The translations under genes and the position numbers were made by a program. The notes beneath the pieces were generated by a model. It had not been told where the DNA came from. It ran no database searches and saw only the letters and a list, made by a program, of their open reading frames with translations. A stretch of DNA of 62,992 bases, filler included, from Chiloscyllium plagiosum (taxonomy: Eukaryota): assembly GCF_004010195.1 (NCBI RefSeq). It is 3 parts of one record of this genome, joined end to end, with 100 filler letters (N's around TTAATTAATTAA, not from the genome) between each part and the next. Parts side by side here need not be neighbours in the genome. Positions count along the whole stretch, not along the records: positions 1 to 22,392 come from NC_057710.1; positions 22,493 to 53,054 come from NC_057710.1; 1 more part is not named here. One strand, written 5' to 3'. This document shows positions 12,268 through 24,672 of this stretch, piece after piece (the stretch's first letter is position 1; each line of letters opens with the position of its first letter).

Positions 12268-13181
12268 CCCGGGAGTGATGGTAAATAAGTTTATGTATAA
12301 TACAAAGATTGGCTGGGTGGTTGACAGTGAGGGGGAAGGTGTAAGGTTACAGGACGATGTAAACGGATTGGTCAGATGGACAGATCAGTGGCAGATGGTA
12401 CTTAACTTTGATGAATGTTAGGTGATTCACTTTAGAAGAGGGAACAAGGCAAGGGAGGACTCAATGAATGGCAGGGCACTAGGAAGCTCATAGGAACGGA
12501 GTGATCTTGGGATGCTTGCCCACAGATCCCTGAAGGTGGCAGGACAAGCTAATAAGACAATTAAGAAGGCATACAGGACACTGGCCTTTATCATTGGTGG
12601 TGTACATTATAAGATCAGGCATGTCATGTTAGAGCTTTACGAAACTTTGGTTAGGCCATTACTGAGATATTTTGTGCAGTTCTGGTCACCACTCTACAGG
12701 AATGGGATCGCACTGAGAAGGTGCAAAGCAGATTCACCAGAATGTTCCCTGGGATGGAGCATTTTAGCAATGAAGAGAGGTCAGATAAGCTTTGGTTATT
12801 TTCTTTGGAGCAGAGAAGGTTGAAGGGATCTTGAGAATTGTATAAGATTGAGGGGCATGGACAGGATAAAAGTGGCATATCTCTTAGTTGACGGGTTAAT
12901 AACAAAGGACATAATTTTAAAATGTAAGTCAGGAGAATTTGAGGGAAATTTGTTTCAGCCAGAGAGTGGTACGAACCTAGAATGCAGTGCCTGAGAGGGT
13001 AATTGGGGCAGGAAAACTCACAGCCTTTAAAAATAAATGCTTGGATGAGCAAGTGACATGTCATAACTTTCAAGGCTATAGGCCGAGTGCATGAAAGTGG
13101 GACCAGTATAAGTAGTAGCTTATTTTTCTTGTACAGATTTGATGGGTCAAAAGGCCTCCTCAGCACTATAAGATTCTATGC
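12268..13181 (+). mobile_element. CR1 LINE 3' portion
   Basis: VNKFMYNTKIGWVVDSEGEGVRLQDDVNGLVRWTDQWQM and LKVAGQANKTIKKAY...LELYETLVRPLLRYFVQFWSP; tail gggtcaaaaggcct...gattctatg. Confidence 0.9.
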
Positions 13182-14339
13182 ATACTTGACCTGGAAATAG
13201 ATGCAAAAAGGAAAGGAGTTAAAGTAAGGAAGCAATTTGGAAGATAGCAAAGCAGAGACTGGAGCAAGAACATGCTCAGCATGTCATGTCAGAGAGCTAG
13301 ATTCCTAAATGATCAGATTCCATGATTACGACAGCTGTCATTATTTTCTCCTTTTTTCCCAAGTGATTGACTGTCCAGACTTAGACATGCTATTTGAAGA
13401 TAAAGGTAAATATACCAGATTTTGGTGACTATAAAAAAATGGGACTTACGAATTCACAAGCTGTGGGAAAGAAATGCACCATTGTGGAGAAGATTGAATG
13501 GGCAGAATCCTGTTTACAAGGAAGCTGCTGCCTATTTAGAATCAACTGAAGTTTTGAAGGAAAAGCACAGAAGGAAATTCTCTGTTTGGCAGACCTCTGT
13601 GGCTGCAATTGATGCCAGACAGGAAGAGTGGACTAAATCAGAATTCTGTGAGACCTTTTTGCAGTTTCTATTCCATGTAACTGATAGTTTGCAACAGATA
13701 CCTGCTTGCGGATTGTTATGTAAGTTATGTTGATTCTGATTTGTGTTAAAGCTACAAAAAGTGAAATCTTGTTTGATAACTACTTTGTTTCAAAATTATT
13801 TAGTAAGTTTTGAGTATTTTAGTTCTTTGCATCTCAAAGGCATCAAAAGACCCACAATCAAATTAAACAAATTCTATGTTTTTCAAGTTTATACACAACA
13901 AACCATGGAAGAAACTAAAATATATTCAAATCCCAACCTACCAGCATTGAAATTTCCTCCAAATTATTTGAATTCTTAGTGCTGGCGATTTCTACCACCT
14001 GTTCAAAATAAAAGTAAACATATAAATAAAATTTGTAGAGAAGCAGAATTATGCTCCACGTGAACCTCTGTTTACCCTACTTGAGGTAACCCGATTCCTT
14101 GATACAATTATCTGTATGCTACTTATATGCAACCATTCTGTTCAAAATGCAACCTCTCTTAAAAATTCCTCACATCTTATAAATTTCATTTCTTTTTGAA
14201 CAGGCTACACAATGAAGAAAAAGTACTCTGTAGATTTTGCACTGAGCAAATTATGCTCAAATGGTGGTGTGAAAGAGAATGGGAAATAGGAAATAAAATG
14301 ATTGGGAAATATAATGTGAAAAAGGATAGTTTTGTGAAG

Positions 14340-14495
14340 GCATGGGAAATATGTTTAGGCACGGTGGATTAACATGGGAAATGCAGGGCTCAAGTTGGAG
14401 GGTGTGGATCTGAGTGGGCTGCTCTTCAGAGGGTTGGTGTGGACTTGATGGGCTGAATGGACTGCTTCCAAACTAAAGGGTTTCTACGATTCTGT
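14340..14495 (+). mobile_element. HE1 SINE 3' half / CR1-derived tail
   Basis: gggctgctcttcagagggttggtgtggacttgatgggctgaatggactgcttcc...gattctgt resembles 17285-17372. Confidence 0.7.
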
Positions 14496-15839
14496 ACTTG
14501 GGATTCTTAGGCAGATGTGACCCTTTTTAATTTAGCTCTATTCACTTTACATGTTGTCTGAGAACATGCTATCCACTGGAAGTTTAAAAATTATTAAAAC
14601 AAGGCACTTTGCTGAATTGGACACATAAGTTGATTTCTTACAGTGTGTGTTAAAATATGACACAAATTAAATTCCTCTCCAGTTACATCAAATAAGTGAT
14701 AACAGCACAGAAAATATTCATTAGCTTTAGCAGTCTGTTTTATTTCCTTCTAAGCAGTTGAAATTTCTCTGTGATGTTAATATGCTTGCCAAAGTATTCA
14801 TCTCAGATTTCTGTGCACTTTTCAATGAAGTCATTAGCTCTTTCATTTTAAACTTTATTTATTTTATTTCAAGTGGGATAATAACTTGATCAGATGTTGT
14901 GCACATGAATTTAAAGCAAATATATTAACATGTTTGTTAAAAATAGCACGCTAAAGAAATTGAACCCTTAAGTGATAAGCAGATCCTTAACAAAAGAAGC
15001 CAGGAAGTCATGCAGCAATGTTTTTGATTTGAATGTGGCTAACAACCTCCAACAAAAACTATGGTATACCTATCTTTTTAATAAAATTGACATTTCCCTT
15101 GTGGCAAACATAGTGGAAAACTACACATATTTTCAGAAAACTTAATGAGAATTCTTGAGCAATTGTGAAGTTGAATTTGATGTGTTTCAAGATAATAAAG
15201 ATCTCATATTTAGATCTCATTTGAGATTGACCCTCATGTATCATAACGAAAGGCAATTAGAACAAATAAGCCTTGGAACTCATATCTACTAAGACTGTTA
15301 CAGAGAGAATTTCTCATCCAAAATTGCTGTAAAGTTTTTTTTAAAACTGTACAGTTCTTGGCAGAGTTGCTAAATGATGAAGGATCATTTTAAATTCAAC
15401 CATCAAGCAAAAACTAGGTGAGAGCAGATCAGTATGACTTCAACGGGATATTAAAAAATGAGGTGTGAAATCAACTGAATTGCTCTCACATTTTCATTCA
15501 CACCAAATCTGATCCAGAAGATTAAATAGAGTACTATCTGATTCAAATGAAAGGGGGGATGCAACCAGCAAGTTACAAAGGTTCTGTGAGAATAAACCTG
15601 CTGTTTCCTTGTCAGTAGAGGAACTCTGTTGAAATCACCGTTGGCTACTGCTTTCATTCGAAGCAGCTGTTTTCACGTGGACATGTTTGTAACAATTGCT
15701 CAGAACCGTACTTGGATACTTGTGCTCACAGACATTTTTCTGCACGTTGACCATCAATTGGCATATATAGCCATGTGTGTCTGAGTTTTTTAATTGTGTA
15801 CCTGCCATAAATCCTAAGGGACTTAAAGTTAGCTCTGAC

Positions 15840-16700
15840 AGCCTCTAGATGTTTCCACACCGATCCCTCCTTTATAGCTTAAGAATTGCTCCTATTTTAT
15901 TTTTGACCTCCAAAACCAAAACCTCAGTGGAATATTGCCATGCAGACAATTACTGCTGCAGGCTATAATTTATCCAACAGAAAATAGCATTTTCCAATCC
16001 TTTAGACAATCTATTCTGTTGCATTAACGAAAGTACATGTTCAACTTTCTCTATTTTTTTAAAAGCAGGCTATTAAGATCCTGCAGTGAATTCAAGAAGC
16101 ACTGAACTAATATATTCCCACAAACCATGGAGCGATGATGCCTTGTTCATCAGTACTTGATGACACACATTATATTTTTTTGTACTCATCGCTGTATCTT
16201 TCTCAGTTGTGTCAATCTATGACATTTCTTGCTTTAGATGAATACAGTGCTATTCTTTGTACTTGGCTAGATTTTCCTTGTTCGCTGAAGGGAGCAGCTG
16301 ATTGGTAAATATCGAAATGATCAGCCAAGTGATAGTACATGTCAGTCAGCTTCCTTTATTACTTGCATGCAAGGAGAGTCAACTAGCAGGGTCACAAAAT
16401 CTTGGCCTGGTGAATGTGTCTTTTGACGGTTACAATTTAATTTTTATGCATGAATTGGCACCCTTCTTATTGACCAATCAAATCTTAATTTCAAGCCTTA
16501 GCAACATTCATTCCTTCAATAGGTCATCTGCCTTAAGCTCTTGCAACATCAGTTAAGTGTGGTTAAGAGCTTCTTTCACCTAACCGGAACCAGGTGTGGT
16601 TAGTGCTAGCTTCTGTTAGTACTTAGCTACACAATTTTCTATTCTTTTTTGGATCCCTTCCACATCAGCATGCTCATCCACTTGAATTCCACCCCTGAAG
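15840..16700 (+). mobile_element. Possible very old non-LTR RT fossil
   Basis: Faint ordered echoes of RT motifs (DNYxxxL near 15944; GVxQG-like agagtcaactagcagggtcac near 16375; ISSL...LLQHQL near 16490-16555; FxYLx near 16612). No intact motif. Confidence 0.3.
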
Positions 16701-17048
16701 AAGAAAAGGCAATCACCATCAATGGCACAGAGCAAACGCCAGCGGTCTGAGGGAAGCAAATCCTATTTATGACTGGATAAAGAAAGCTTTCAAGTTTTCA
16801 GAAAATGAGAACTCTTGACATCAGCAGTTTGTGATTTGTCAAAATGATATTTTCTGAAGTGAGCATCATGGTTAACTGGATTTTTACTTGTAACTACAGA
16901 ATTCAGACCTGTTTGTAGAATATTGAGACATCAGAAGAATGTCGATGGAGTAGGCTTTGGCTTTGGAGGCCATAAAGTATGAGCAATTCTTAAGCTGTAA
17001 AGGAGGTATTGGTGTGGAAACATCAAGGGAAAGTCATAACCAATTGTG

Positions 17049-17372
17049 GATGGCACGGTGAGGCAGCAGTGGTTAGCACTGCTGCCTCACAGCGCCAGAG
17101 ACCCGGTTTCAGTTACCGCCTCAGGCGACTGACTATGTGGCGTTTGCACATTCTCCCCGTGTCTGCGTGGGTTTTCTCCGGGTGCTCTGGTTTCCTCCCA
17201 CAGTCCAAAAATGTGCAGGTTAGGTGAATTGGCCATGCTAAATTGCCCGTAGTGTTAGGCAAAGGGGTAAATGGAGGGGAATGGGTCTGGGTGGGTTGCT
17301 CTTCGGCGGGTCGGTATGGACTTGTTGGGCCAAAGGGCCTGTTTCCACACTGTAAGTAAGTAATCTAATCTA
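17049..17372 (+). mobile_element. HE1-type V-SINE, full length
   Basis: tRNA-like head ggcacggtg...cagtggttagcactgctgcctcacagcgccagagacccggtttc, V-domain tttgcacattctccccgtgtctgcgtgggttttctccgggtgctctggtttcctcccacagtccaaa, and tail gggccaaagggcctgtttccacactgtaag(taatc)n. Confidence 0.93.
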
Positions 17373-17523
17373 GGTAAACCATTAGGAATGATGGTAGGTA
17401 CATAATTAAGGAACTCAGATACACACTGCTCTATATAGAAATCAATGGCAGAAGAAAGTCAGTGGTCGCAAATATCAGGGACAGTTCTGAGCTATTGTTG
17501 CAAACCTCTTAGCCAACATGTTG

Positions 17524-17600
17524 TGACATTCCTCTGGAGTAGGTGAGACTTAAACCCAGGCCTCCTGGCTCAGAGAGAGGGACAATACCACTGCAGAGCA
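17524..17600 (-). mobile_element. tRNA-derived SINE head fragment
   Basis: Reverse complement gcagtggtattgtccctctctctgagccaggaggcctgggtttaagtctcacc has A- and B-box-like motifs; second copy at 42670-42730. Confidence 0.55.
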
Positions 17601-17857
17601 AAATGGTATACAATGATGTAAGGGTAAGTTCAGTGTCACATGATCATACAGAGAGTACTGGAAAGTCAGAAGCTTCAGTGAAGTCATGAGACAATGTGCA
17701 AAAGCAAAGCATTAAATAAAGACTTCTTGCATAATTCACCAAGAATGTAAGAAGCAATACTTTGAGAATAACATAATTAGGCCCCATACACAAGACAAAG
17801 CATTTTTCAGCATGGTAGTGTTGATTGTTCACTCCCCATATTGTTTTTCTGGTAAGG

Positions 17858-19475
17858 TATATCCCAGAGTGCTTAAGGAATTAACCCTAAAATGGTGGAT
17901 GAAGTAGCAGTCATCTTCCAAGCTTCTTTAGGCTCTGGAAAAGTTCCTACAGACTGGAGTGTAGCTAATGTAACCTCTCAAATTAAAAAGAAGGTATGGA
18001 GAAAACCAAGAATTCTCGATCAAGGCAGCCTTATATCAGTAGTGAGGAAAATGCTAGAGTCTATCATTAAAGATTTAATAACTGAGAATTGGAAATCAGT
18101 AGCAGGATCAGAGTCAGCATAGATTATGAAGTGGAAATTATGCTTTACAAATCTACTGGAATGCTTCAATGGTGTAAGACATGAGTCCATAAGAACATAA
18201 GACATAGGAGCGGAAGTAAGGCCATTCGGCCCATCGAGTCCACTCCGCCATTCAATCATGGCATGATGAGTCGATGAAGAGTCCCAGTGAATGTGGTTAA
18301 CTTGGTCCTTCAGGAGGCTTTCAACAAACTCCAATATAAGAGATTAGCATGTAAAATTAAAACAGATGGGATTGAGAGCAGTGTATTGAAATGGATTGAA
18401 AACCTATTGGCAGCAAAGAAATAAAGAGTAGGAATGAACGGGCCTTTTTCCAAATAGCAAACTGTGATTAGTAGAATACTACAGGATATAAGAGCTAGGA
18501 CTCCAGCTGTTCACAGTATATGTTAATTAATTAGATATTGGAGCTAAATGTAATGTCTCCAAATTTGCATATGATACAAAGCTGGGTGCAAACGTGTGCT
18601 GTGAAGAGGATGAAGAGATACTCCAGTGTGATTTGGATGAGCTGAGTGGATGGGAAAATGTGTGGCAGATGCAGTATAATGTGGATCAATGGGAGGTTAT
18701 CCACTTCGGATGCAAAAACAGAAGGTAGTTTATTATTTGAGTAGCTATAAATTGAGAGAAGGGAATGTGAAATAAGACTTGAGTGGCCTCGTACACCAGT
18801 CATTGAGGGTGAGCTTGCAGGTGCAGCAGTGTCAAGAAGGTTAAAGGCTTCCATAGAGAAAGGATTTGAGTACAGAAACAGGGATGTCTTACTGCAATTA
18901 TACAGGACCTTGGTGAGACCACAGCTGAAATTTTGTGCGCTGTTTTGGTCTCTTGATCTGATGAAGATGTTTACTGTAGATGGAGTGCAGTGCTGGTTTA
19001 CTAGCCTGTTTCCTGGGATGGCAGAACTGACTTGAGAAGAGATTGGATCAGTTAAGATTATTTTTGCTGGAGTTCAGAAGAATGATGGGATGTCAGAGAA
19101 ATACATAAGATTCAAACAGGACCAAATAAGGTAGATGAAGAAATGATGTTCCTGGTGATGAGGGAGTCCAGAACAAGATCACAGTATAGGGATATGGTGT
19201 GGGCCATTTAGGACTGAAATGAGGAGAAACTTCTTCACCCAGAGAGTGGTCAGCCTACAGAATTCAACACCACCAAAAGCAGTAGAAGGGAAAACAACAT
19301 CTGATTTCAAGCAGGTGTTGAATATAGCACTTGGAACCTAAGAGATTGAAGGATACAGGGGAAAAACAGGCACAGGCTATTGAGTTGGATGATTAGCCAT
19401 GATCATAATGAATGGTGAAGCAGGTTTGAAGGACTGAAGGGCCAAATTCTGTTCCTGTTTTCTACGTTTGATGTT
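17858..19475 (+). mobile_element. CR1 LINE RT to 3' end, decayed
   Basis: VIFQASLGSGKVPTDWSVANVT...SLISVVRKMLESIIKD; KFAYDTKLG; GFEYRNRDVLLQLYRTLVRPQLKFCALFWS; CR1 3' UTR ending tttctacgtttgatgtt. Confidence 0.9.
18188..18265 (-). mobile_element. 78-bp young CR1 3'-tail insertion with target-site duplication
   Basis: cataagaacataagacataggagcggaagtaaggccattcggcccatcgagtcc... flanked by atgagtc at 18181-18187 and 18266-18272. Confidence 0.8.
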
Positions 19476-20024
19476 GCCACAAATGTTGTATACCAAATAA
19501 CTGAATCAATTTCACCTATTATACCAAATCACTCAAAGTCCTCTCATGTGTTATAAAATATGAAAAAAAATCCTAGTGTGTGGTCTTAAGTAATTGTTTG
19601 ATATTATTTTTCAAGGGGTCTCCAATCATTAAGTTGACATGAGGACACAGTGTAGGCATTATGATAAATTGCAATTTGTAATGTGAGACTTCAATTTTCT
19701 ATCCTAGAAAGCTTCACCTTACTACACAAACTATTAATGATTGAAAAGGCCCAAAGCATAATTATTTCTGCAGCATTTGATTCAATTTAATAATACCAGG
19801 TTAATGTTTTAGATCTGTCACACTGTGTGCCTGACTTCTCTCCATACATGCATACATAGGCTGAGTACTTGCAAACTTTTCAGTTTATTCAGCATGAACA
19901 GAATTTTACTTGTATTCAATTTTTTTTTGCAAGTTATTCGCAAATGGTTGAACAAATGTTACTTTTTCATATCCAGCTATATGATTAAAATTGCAACAGG
20001 TTACTATTCCTTATTACATCAATG

Positions 20025-21140
20025 AATGTGATCAAAGAAATAGTACTTAAGCAACTTAAGTGACTGAAGTCTAATAGATGTCCAAGACCTGATGGCCAAC
20101 ATCCTGGAGTTCCAAAAGAGGTAACTACAGAAATAATGAATGCTTTGGCTGCAATTTTCCAAAATCTCTTAGATTTTGGGATGGTCTCATCAGATTAGAA
20201 GTTAGCGAATGTAACATCACTATTCAAGAAAGAAGAGTGAGAGGAATCAAGGGAGTATAAGGGAGTACGCCTAACATCAGTCATCCGGAAAGTGCTAGTA
20301 TCAATAACAAAGCAAGTCTTAATAATGTACTTCAAAAAGTATGATAAGATTGCAAATAAGTCAGTAATTTTACAGAAGACAAATTATGCTTAACAAATAT
20401 GTTAGAGATTTTGAGGATGTAACCAATAGGAGGGATAAAGAAGATCCAAGTGTGGATACTGGGTTTTCCAAATGATATTTAATGAAATACCTCACAAAAC
20501 TTTATGACACAAGATAAAGGCTCATGGAGTTGAGGGTAGTACATCATCATCAATAAATGATTGGTTAGCAGATAGGACACGTAAAGTTAGTATAAATAAG
20601 GCATTTACAAATTGCCAGTGTGTGACTATTGCATTTCCACAGGGATTAGTGCTGAGGTTTCAGATAGTTATAACTTTAAATAATGATTTTGGCAAAGAAA
20701 AGAGGCTAATGTATCTATGACTGTAAATATTACAAATCTAGGTGGGAAAGCAAGATGTGCGATGGACCTGAAAAAGAGATATGAGCAGGTTAATGAGTGA
20801 GATATAATGTGGAAAATGGACTATATTATAGCGATGTGTGAAATTCTTCACTACAATAAAATACGGACTTTTGTTTTAATGATATAGTGTTGAAGTTCAG
20901 AAAGTATTTGGTGTACTTGTACATGAAAACAAACAAGCTATCATGCAAGTACGGCAAACAATTAGGAAAGCAAATTGCATATTGGACTTTATTGTAAGAG
21001 CATTTGAGTATAAGATTAGGAAACTATTCCTACATTTGTATAGGGCTTTGGAGAGCCCACACTTCCACAACAGTCCAATTTCACCCTTCATTCTTAAGGA
21101 AGAATATGCCTGCATTGGAGGTAGTACATCAAAGGTTTAC
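20025..21140 (+). mobile_element. Old CR1 LINE RT fragment
   Basis: Decayed LKSNRCPRPDGQHPGV, ANVTSLFKK, FPQGLVL and MQVRQTIRKANCILDFIVRAFEYK motifs. Confidence 0.82.
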
Positions 21141-21662
21141 TATATTCTTTATTACTGCTAATGCTTCACTTTTCTTAAGCTGACTAAGTCTGTAGTCAGT
21201 CTATTTCTACTTTCCCAGATATTTTATTTCATGCTTTCCTTCATTGTTGCCAGTGGTCCAGAGCTATTGTGTTCCCGATGTTCTTGAATTTCCAGTTATT
21301 GGATGAAAAGGGTGACACTATAAGACTCACATTTAAATTTTTTATATCATAAAAATTAAAACACTACAAACTAAATATTGTTCTGTGAGAAATGTTTACT
21401 TTGAACTAAAAATGTTGAGTCCGTGATTAAGAAAGCGAATGCAAGAATGCAAGAAAGCTGGTGCTCGCACTCAAACATTGCATGTTTACCTTTAGAGAAT
21501 CCTCAACTAGCACTCCCAGATCCCTCTGTACTTTGGCTTTACGAATTTTCTCACCGTTTAGAAAGTAGTCCATGCTTGTATTCTTTTTTCCAAAGTGCAA
21601 GACCTCGCATTTGCTCACATTGAATTCCATCAGCCATTTCCTGGACCACTCTTTCAAACTGT

Positions 21663-22337
21663 CTAGATCCTTCTGCAGCCTCCCCACTTCCTCAGTACTA
21701 TCTGCTTTCCACCTAACTTTGTATCATTGGCAAACTTCGCTAGAATACCCCCAGTCCCTTCATCCAGATCATTAATATATAACGTGAACAGCTGCCGCCC
21801 AAACACTGAACCCTGCAGGACACCGCTTGTCACCGGCTGCCATTCCGAAAAAGAACCTTTTATCCCAACTCTCTGCCTTCTGTCAGACAGCCAATCCTCA
21901 ATCCATACCAGTAACTCACCTCGAACACCATGGGCCCTCACCTTGCTCAACAGCCTCCCGTGTGGCACCTTATCAAAGGCATTTTGGAAGTCTAGGTACA
22001 TAACATCCACTGGGTTTCCCTGGTCTAATCTACTTGTCACCTCTTCAAAGAACTCCAACAGGTTTGTCAGGCACGACCTCCCCTTACTAAATCCATGTTG
22101 ACTTGTTCTAATCCGACCCTGCTCTTCCAAGAATTTAGACACCTCATCCTTAATGATGGATTCTAGAATTTTACCAACAACCGAGGTTAGGCTAATTGGC
22201 CTATAATTTTCCATCTTTTGCCTTGATCCTTTCTTGAACAATGGGGTTACAATAGTCATCCGGGACTTTCCCTGACTCCAGCGACTTTTGAAAGATCTCA
22301 ACCAACGAATTGAGATCGGGGCCAGGAGATTTGTCAA
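21663..22337 (-). pseudogene. CR1 ORF2 reverse transcriptase domain
   Basis: VTPLFKKGSRQKMENYRPISLTSVVGKILE...QHGFSKGRSCLTNLLEFFEEV...DVMYLDFQNAFDKVPH...SGVLQGSVFG...YINDL...KFANDTKLG. The catalytic FADD reads FAND, with frameshifts at both ends. Confidence 0.92.
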
Positions 22338-22392
22338 TTTTAAGACCTTTTAGCTTTTCTAGCACTATCTCTTTTGTAATGACAACCATACT

Positions 22393-22492
22393 NNNNNNNN
22401 NNNNNNNNNNNNNNNNNNNNNNNNNNNNNNNNNNNNTTAATTAATTAANNNNNNNNNNNNNNNNNNNNNNNNNNNNNNNNNNNNNNNNNNNN
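22393..22492. other. Assembly gap spacer (44 N + TTAATTAATTAA + 44 N)
   Basis: Exactly 100 bp with a linker giving stops in all six frames; identical structure at 53055-53154. Confidence 0.97.
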
Positions 22493-23025
22493 GTCGGCTC
22501 CAGCACCAGCTGTTCTAAGAATCCATCTCTGAGGCACTCCACAAAGTCTCTTTCTTGAGGTCCAATGCCATCCTGATTCTCCCAGTCTACCTGCATGTTG
22601 AAATCCCCCATAACAACTGTAGTAACATTTTTGTAACAGGCCAATTTCAACTCCTGATTCAACTTACATCCAACATCCAGACTACTGTTTGGGGGCCTGT
22701 AGATAACTCCCAAGAGGGTCTTTTTACCCTTAGAATTTCTCAGCTCTATCCATACTGACTCTACATCCCCTGATTCTAGGTCCCCCCGCGCAAGGGACTG
22801 AATATTGTTCCTTACCAACATGGCCACCCCACCCCCTCTGTCCGTCAGTTTGTCCTTACGATAGCACGTATAGCCTTGAATAAGCATTTCCCAGGCCCTG
22901 TCCACTTGAAGCCACGTCTCAGTTATCCCCACAATATCGTAGCTGTCAATTTCTAAAAGAGCCTCAAGCTCATCCATCTTATTTCTAATACTTCGTGCAC
23001 TCATATATAATATTTTTAATTTGTT
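22493..23025 (-). pseudogene. CR1 ORF2 APE endonuclease domain
   Basis: LKILYMSARSIRNKMDEL...YDIVGITETWL...RGGGVAMLV...ESVWIEL...GVIYRPPNS...VVMGDFN...FLEQLVLEP. Confidence 0.93.
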
Positions 23026-23291
23026 ACTGCCGTCACCCTTCCCATCAACTCCTATTTCACGCAACCTTACAGCATGATCCCTTTTTGAGTTTTCTGCTTC
23101 ATTGATACAGTTGTCTTTCTTGACTTCCCTTGTTCTAACTTTCCCTTCAATTTCCTTCTTAAACATCCAGTTTGTTCCCCCCCGCCCGCTACTTAGTTTA
23201 AATGCAGCTGTATTGCAGTAGCAAACCTGCCTGCCAGAATGCTGGTCCCCAACCTATTAAGGTGCAAACCGTCTCTCTTATATAACTTATG

Positions 23292-24205
23292 ACATATATA
23301 AGTGACCTGGATGAGGGAACCAAGTATAACATTTCCACTATTGCTGATGAGACATATCTGGACAAGATTGTGAGGTGTGTTGAGGATACAAGGAGGCTTC
23401 AAGGTGATTTAGACAAATTGAGTGTGAGGAAATGCATATGGTAGGTGCAGTGTAACTTGTATAAGTGTGAAGTTATACACCTCAGTCTGAAAAACACAAA
23501 AGTATAATTTAAATGGTCTTAGATTTGGAAGTGTGGATGTACAAAGGAAAGTGCAGTAAGCAGTTTGAAAGGCAAATGATACATTGTTTTTTATTTGAAG
23601 AGAATCTGAGTTCAGAAGCAGGGGTACCTTGCTGTAGTTACACGGTGTCTTGGTGAGACCATCCAAAGTTGGCATAGTTGCATGCAGTTTGTTCACCCTA
23701 CCTAACAAAGGAGATATTTGGCGTAGGGGGAATGTAACATATGTTTATAAGGCTGACAATGGGGATGGCAGGCATGACCTATGAGTAGAGATCTGTTAGA
23801 ATGGGACTGTATTCAGAAAAGGTTAGAATTGTAGAGAGAAGTTGATTGAAATCATTAAGTTCTAGCAAAACAATACAGACAAGATGAAGGGAGGCTGTTT
23901 TCCTTTTGGGAGTCTCGAACCAGGGGACACAGTCTCAGGATTTAGGGTAGACCATTTAGGACTGAGATGAGGAAATGTTTTTTCACTTAAATGGCATCAA
24001 ACCTATCAAATTCTGTACTACAGAAGACCAAGACTGAACAGATGCAAGAAAGTTATTCTTTTTTATGTATTTCAAAGGCATTACAAGGTATGAAGGGAAA
24101 GCAGGATATGGTATTGGGATAGATGATCAGCCATAATCATATTGAATGGCAGAACCTGAATGCCAAATGGCCTACTCTTGCTCCAAGTTTCTATGTTTCT
24201 ATATT
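23292..24205 (+). mobile_element. Old CR1 LINE 3' portion
   Basis: Begins at YISDLDEG...ADET-like RT motifs and ends with gccaaatggcctactcttgctccaagtttctatgtttctat. Confidence 0.85.
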
Positions 24206-24451
24206 TCTTTCTCAGCTGATGCTGCCTAACTTGCTCAGTATTGGCAGTATTTTCTTTTAATTACCTAATTCAGTACTGTGTAACATGCAATATTCTGTAG
24301 GCGTGTATGTTCCCACCATGGAGTGTTTTCACACCAAGAATTCACTTTAAGTGTGAAGGTCAAATTTTAATGGATGGTAAGTTCTGTCGAATTCACTTAT
24401 CTCCATGATAAAAATTCCCAATATAATCCATTACTTTAAGTTCGTGGTACA

Positions 24452-24528
24452 ATCTGCCTATATAGCATGCAAAACAACACTTTTCACCATATCTCAGTAC
24501 GTGACAACAATAAATCAATCAATCAAAT
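24452..24528 (+). mobile_element. Rex1-type 3' tail fragment
   Basis: gcaaaacaacactttttcaccatatctcagtacgtgacaacaataaatcaatcaatcaaat matches 11330-11395. Confidence 0.65.
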
Positions 24529-24672
24529 ATAAGGTGTAAATAATTCATGAGTCAGGTGTGATATTAACATTACTAAACAAGTTCTGAGTTCACAGTATGT
24601 GTTTTGAATTTGAAATGCATTCAATTTTCAGCTTCCTTAGCTCCTAACCTGAAATCACAGTATGAATACACC

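Larger units (their letters stand above)
21414..23290 (-). mobile_element. Young CR1 LINE (ORF1 end, APE endonuclease, RT), 3'-truncated, spanning an assembly gap
   Basis: ORF1 end LYKRDGLHLNRLGTSILAGRFATAI, then the APE and RT frames listed separately; few inactivating changes. Confidence 0.95.

Noticed and set aside
12651..13166. Long antisense ORFs over LINEs (also 35796-36371, 44338-44805, 21727-22101)
   Set aside because: They are shadows of CR1 coding strands, not independent genes.
13422..13733. 103-aa ORF, possibly within a solo LTR
   Set aside because: No domain recognised and no TG...CA ends or TSD could be identified, so neither a gene nor an LTR is supported.
17049..17130. tRNA-like sequence (also at 28740, 38752, 41785, 8848)
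   Set aside because: These are SINE heads continuing into SINE bodies and LINE-derived tails; no complete cloverleaf is evident.
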